From Escherichia phage vB_EcoS_VAH1, in sequence record MK373792.1: 64,000 nucleotides of DNA; one strand, 5' to 3'. Below, in pieces: positions 60,071-64,000 of this stretch. The first letter of the stretch is position 1. Every line of letters begins with the position of its first letter. The translations under genes were made by a program, and so were the position numbers. The notes beneath the pieces were generated by a model. The model did no database searches and was not told the DNA's origin. It was given only the letters and a program-made list of their open reading frames with translations.

Positions 60071-60665
60071 TTAGACATTTATATCGCCACGTAATACAGC
60101 AGCTACATCTTCCCCTATTTGTAATACTTCGCCAGTAGTACAATTAACTACTCTATCATAGCTAGTAAACTTACCAGACACAATATCCTCTAGTGGAATT
60201 GGAGTTTTACTCATTTCAAATGAGACATTAATATAACGTGGATCACGTAAAGAAGTAGTATGTACATGTCCGTGAATATTTAGTTTTTGCCACGAAGTTC
60301 ATTAGGGTGCAAAGGGCAGTGAGATAGCCAAAACTTTTTGCCACCTCCAGTCTGTTTGCCTAGAGCTTGAATATCGTCATAAACTTCCGCTAAGTCCCTA
60401 ATACTCAGTCCTTGACGCTCCGCATCATGATTACCCATAATGAGTTGATTAGGGACATTGGATAAACCGACTTTAATTTGGCCAGACCTTCACGACCTAC
60501 TGCAATATCTCCTAGCAAAATAAGTTTTGTTCGTTTACCAATATGCTTGGATAAAGTATCTAGAATATACTCATCGTGCTCTTTCATGTTCTTAAACCAC
60601 GGACGGAAACGTAGTGCTCCGGGGTGGTCTAAGTGCAAGTCTGACCAGAATTTAACCTTCATCAC
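60071..60665 (-). CDS. calcineurin-like metallophosphoesterase, interrupted by two apparent frameshifts
   Basis: Frame 1 (60405..60665) has SDLHLDH...LLGDIAVGREG; frame 2 has MGNHDAERQGL; frame 3 has IHGHVHTTS... running to the stop at 60071-60073. Confidence 0.65.
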
Positions 60666-60682
60666 TTACTCCTTTTTTTGTA

Positions 60683-60952
60683 TTAAATTATATCAACCCA
60701 GGTAGTTAATACTCTAGTTTTAAACTCCTCGGGAGTCTCTCCTTCCTTAAGGTCTACCTCATTAAGGTAGGTAGTAAGCCTTGTTTCTATCTCTATTTCA
60801 GCAGGAGAATTAAAACAAAAATTGACTGCTATTCCAGAATATATTACTCCGGTATCTCCTTTGACGAAAGCATTAACTAATGCTCTCCAACGAAGGGCAT
60901 CAATACGCATTGCTCGTAATTCTTCTTGTACTTCTTTCATTCTATCATTCAT
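60683..60952 (-). CDS. hypothetical protein
   Basis: 89-aa ORF. Confidence 0.45.
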   Translation of the reverse strand: MNDRMKEVQEELRAMRIDALRWRALVNAFVKGDTGVIYSGIAVNFCFNSPAEIEIETRLTTYLNEVDLKEGETPEEFKTRVLTTWVDII

Positions 60953-61022
60953 TAAAGAATCCTCTGTACACCACAGCTATCTTCGAAGCGTGGTAAATGT
61001 TGTGATTTTCCCAGTTTCATCA

Positions 61023-61826
61023 TTAACTTGCGCAACCGTCAACTGCCCGTTGAAAAACACCGCCAGTATCAAGATAAACACGGTTCTGGTATAAAATCGG
61101 GTAAGGTACTCCAGTATGCCCGTGAAACACGAAATCTACCCCTTTAACTTCTGGCACTTCTACCATGTATTTCTCTTTAAACCCTGCATAACGCTGGAAA
61201 TATGAGTGTTCTTCACCATTTTTAGATAAGTGAAAACCTATTTCTTGGATTACATCTCGATCCCATAAGTATGGTTCAACATGGTATCCAGGATGGTCAT
61301 GTGTGGGTCTTCCTTAGATGCTTCTACTTGTGCAATAAGGTTATCCCATACTGGGGTTTCTACTTCGTTACCACATTCTTTGTACGTAAAAGGTACACCA
61401 CCATGAACAACACCATACTTTTTACCACGATGCAATACAGTCAGAAATACTGGCATTTTTTCAGCCATGTCTTCAGCAATATTTTTAATGGTATCTGCAT
61501 CTAGTTCATTCATAGCCCACATACCACCATTATACATCCAGTTAGCCCAATCTCCCACAATCATAAATTGGTCATGATTACCTCGGACACTGATAAAGCG
61601 TGGATTATACAGGAATTTGGAAAACTTGTAGGTTCTGCGTGCCTCGATCAATTAAATCTCCCACGCATACAACACAATCTTTCTTGCCGTTATAGCCAGC
61701 TAATTGTAGTGCATCTTCTAGTAAATCGTTACATCCATGAATATCACCAACGAAAAACAAGTTGGCGTCATCCGGCACTACTAGAGTTTTATGTACATTA
61801 AATTCTTTTTTCATAATTATTCCCAA
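61023..61826 (-). CDS. Ser/Thr protein phosphatase (PPP family, lambda-PPase-like), interrupted by two apparent frameshifts
   Basis: GDIHGC and GDLIDRG in 61605..61826; GNHD and VVHGG in 61250..61651; FVFHGHT in a third frame ending at about 61023. Confidence 0.7.
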
Positions 61827-62155
61827 ATAACAGTTAAAATAGTTGTGCCATAATCATTAGATAGCTGGAGAGTATAACCCTCTTTATAGAGGGCTTTTAT
61901 AGCTTCATAACTAATTTCATCACGATTAAACTGTACAAAACCCCCAATCTCCACAGAAGAAACTATTCTCTTTTAACATACTTATATGGTTTCTTTCTGC
62001 TCTTGAGAAGAGCAGCTCTATTAACTCTAGCTAAATGTTTTGCTTGCTCTGCTAACATTTAATCCTCCTATCAATCTATATAAATAGTATACCAAAATTT
62101 TTAGCAAAAAGCAAGTAAAATAAAAGCCTGATCCGCTAAGATCAGGCTTGGTTTA

Positions 62156-62455
62156 TTAATCCTCTGGATTATCGTCTAGGAAATTTTTAATAGCTTCGTG
62201 CATAGTTTCTTTACGAAGCTGACGTCCAACCAAAATATGATTAGCTTCTACTCGACCATTAGGTAAGCGATCCGCTAGAACTACTACAGGAACAGCTCTT
62301 ACTCCGAACTTCTGCATTAATTCTGTATTATCAGTCTCTTTGTGGACTTCCAAATTATAGTCATTGACTACTTTATCAAATACTACTGGCTCGAAAAGAG
62401 CACAAGGACGACACGTGGAACCTTTTAATAAATAAATAACTTTGCTCATATACAC
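62156..62455 (-). CDS. glutaredoxin/thioredoxin-fold protein (NrdH-like)
   Basis: CxxC motif CRPC near the N-terminus; about 95 aa. Confidence 0.6.
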   Translation of the reverse strand: MYMSKVIYLLKGSTCRPCALFEPVVFDKVVNDYNLEVHKETDNTELMQKFGVRAVPVVVLADRLPNGRVEANHILVGRQLRKETMHEAIKNFLDDNPED

Positions 62456-62560
62456 TCCTATTTTACTTGTTAAGCTCTTCTAAATCTGGTATATATCCAA
62501 GAAACTCCTCAATTAAAGCGTACTCCCCAGCAATCTCCTGTCTAGACTTATTCGCTAAGT

Positions 62561-62996
62561 CTACTGCAGAGCTAAGTCTTCATAATTGAAGATTCCTTTC
62601 ATACGTTTTCGGCCTGTTTCATCCGTAATTTGAACTCTCCATTTCTGCCTATCTTTAGCCCACATAACATTTGCATATCCGGATTTGGATTTTATGCTTT
62701 TATTACGACAATTTTGTGGTTTAGATGCAGAACGTAAATTTTTCCATCGGTTATTTTGTGGATTTCTATCTATGTGATCCACAAATTCAGGTATATATCC
62801 TTCCATATATATAGGCCCATCTATGGGCTCCCTGCCTCTCCCCTTCCCACCATTATCATTATGTAATCATTGTTGTACAGGGTTCCAGCTTCCATTCCCC
62901 TCTTTACATACTGATTATTACCATCTATCTTCCAGGTAAACACACCCGTTTCCGGGTTATAATCTAGTAATTCCTTTAATCTTTCTTGTGTTATCA
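62561..62996 (-). CDS. HNH homing endonuclease (MITQERLKEL family), apparently frameshifted
   Basis: GTG start at 62994-62996 gives VITQERLKELLDYNPETGVFTWKIDG... then a stop; the C-terminal HNH part YMEGYIPEFVDHIDRNPQNNRWKNL... is in another frame (62561..62806). Confidence 0.6.
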
Positions 62997-63003
62997 CAAT
63001 TTA

Positions 63004-63210
63004 TTAATGGCCTCCAAGAAGTTTTTTCATGCACCTAACAGTTGCAGTGCTGAGATCTAGAGTAGTTCCTAAACATTCTGTTAATGCTGCCTGGTAAGGC
63101 GCTTTTAAACGCCCTTCAGGGACTTCTACCTTTTTGTAGGTTTTATTCTTTACTTTATCCAACATAGCTTCAAGAACATTGAGAGGCAATTTCGCACCCT
63201 CAATATTCAC
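63004..63210 (-). CDS. hypothetical small protein
   Basis: 68-aa ORF with GTG/ATG start overlapping the upstream stop by 11 nt. Confidence 0.4.
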   Translation of the reverse strand: MNIEGAKLPLNVLEAMLDKVKNKTYKKVEVPEGRLKAPYQAALTECLGTTLDLSTATVRCMKKLLGGH

Positions 63211-63397
63211 ACCACATTTCGGTCAGCATGTTATTAAGATCAATACGAGTAAGTTTCTTGCCTTTAGACATAGTAGTTCCTGCCCTCTTCTCAAGTTTTT
63301 TACGCTCTGGTGAATCGAGGTCACGTAATGCGATGTTCAACTCATATGGAGCCATGTTATAATGTTCCGCCATTTGAGTGTAGAAACGATCAGACAT
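63200..63397 (-). CDS. hypothetical small protein
   Basis: 65-aa ORF. Confidence 0.4.
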   Translation of the reverse strand: MSDRFYTQMAEHYNMAPYELNIALRDLDSPERKKLEKRAGTTMSKGKKLTRIDLNNMLTEMWCEY

Positions 63398-63472
63398 AAT
63401 ATATACCTCTCTTAACTAATTTATGTATATATTATATAATAACTAGGGCTAAAAGTCAACTACTTTTTTATC

Positions 63473-63889
63473 TTAATCTACTACATGTATAAATCTTTTT
63501 CTAACTAGATACATAGTTATTGGGTAAATTGAGTACATAAGTATCGGGGAGAAAAGGGTGAAATACGCTGTAACTCCCCCAGCTAACATCAAAGGTATTA
63601 ATGCTAGAGTAAGGGCCATAAGAATCATACCGAATGAAACAGCCAAAGCTATGGATATAGGATTCTCTAGTTCCATCCATAACCAACAATATTTCGTATC
63701 TCTATGGCAATTGCATTTACAAACGCCGAATGAACCCATAATTATATACTCTAGTCCGTGAATAACCTTTATTAATAAGCTATTTCGGGTAGTTAATGCA
63801 ATGATAGTAAAGACTATCATTAAAACGAATACTACTAGACTTATTTTCCAGATACCTAGCAGCATCATAGTGAATAGTTCTGCAAACAT
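63473..63889 (-). CDS. integral membrane protein
   Basis: 138 aa with about four hydrophobic helices. Confidence 0.5.
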   Translation of the reverse strand: MFAELFTMMLLGIWKISLVVFVLMIVFTIIALTTRNSLLIKVIHGLEYIIMGSFGVCKCNCHRDTKYCWLWMELENPISIALAVSFGMILMALTLALIPLMLAGGVTAYFTLFSPILMYSIYPITMYLVRKRFIHVVD

Positions 63890-64000
63890 GGCTTTCTCCT
63901 ATCTTCAAAAATTTATTAAAGCCCCCTTTGCCTAAAAAGGCGGGAATATTCCCGCCTAAGTTATTAATTAAACTAGTTCGACATGACCGCCATCATAGGT

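Noticed and set aside
63004-63397. Possible frameshift joining ORFs 63004..63210 and 63200..63397
   Set aside because: The downstream frame is closed by a stop just upstream of its GTG start, so these are more simply two translationally coupled small genes with an 11-nt overlap.

Overview
The window reads as a contiguous piece of a T5-like (Demerecviridae-type) virulent siphophage genome. All calls are made by eye from the sequence and ORF track; no database search or RNA/repeat-finding program was run. Layout: (i) 1-14.8 kb, plus strand, early replication/recombination module: HTH-repeat protein, DnaB-like helicase, primase, family-A DNA polymerase, SF2 helicase, SSB-like protein, SbcD/SbcC-like nuclease, PD-(D/E)XK protein, flap endonuclease and dUTPase, interspersed with HNH homing endonucleases. 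(ii) 15.1-40.9 kb, minus strand, late structural module: L-shaped tail fibre with C-terminal chaperone, collar, baseplate proteins, Dit, tape measure, tail tube, head completion, major capsid, protease, decoration, portal, terminase and receptor-binding protein, with recognisable hairpin terminators. (iii) 40.9-51.4 kb, pre-early-like region: llp-like lipoprotein with an early promoter, small membrane proteins, dmp-like HAD nucleotidase, A2-like and A1-like genes, and orphan ORFs. (iv) 51.6-52.9 kb, a dense non-coding repeat region with DnaA boxes, a repeated 16-bp palindrome, ~21-bp tandem repeats, ten copies of a 15-bp iteron and a purine-rich tract; it resembles the injection-stop-signal region of T5 and is the most unusual part of the window. 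(v) 53.2-64 kb, minus-strand early genes of mostly unknown function, including a T5orf172 protein, two metallophosphatases, a glutaredoxin-like protein and degenerate HNH genes. At least seven genes, including essential ones (terminase large subunit, SF2 helicase, receptor-binding protein), are interrupted by apparent frameshifts; the terminase one sits in a homopolymer run, so sequencing/assembly indels are the leading explanation. No rRNA, tRNA or CRISPR array was recognised.
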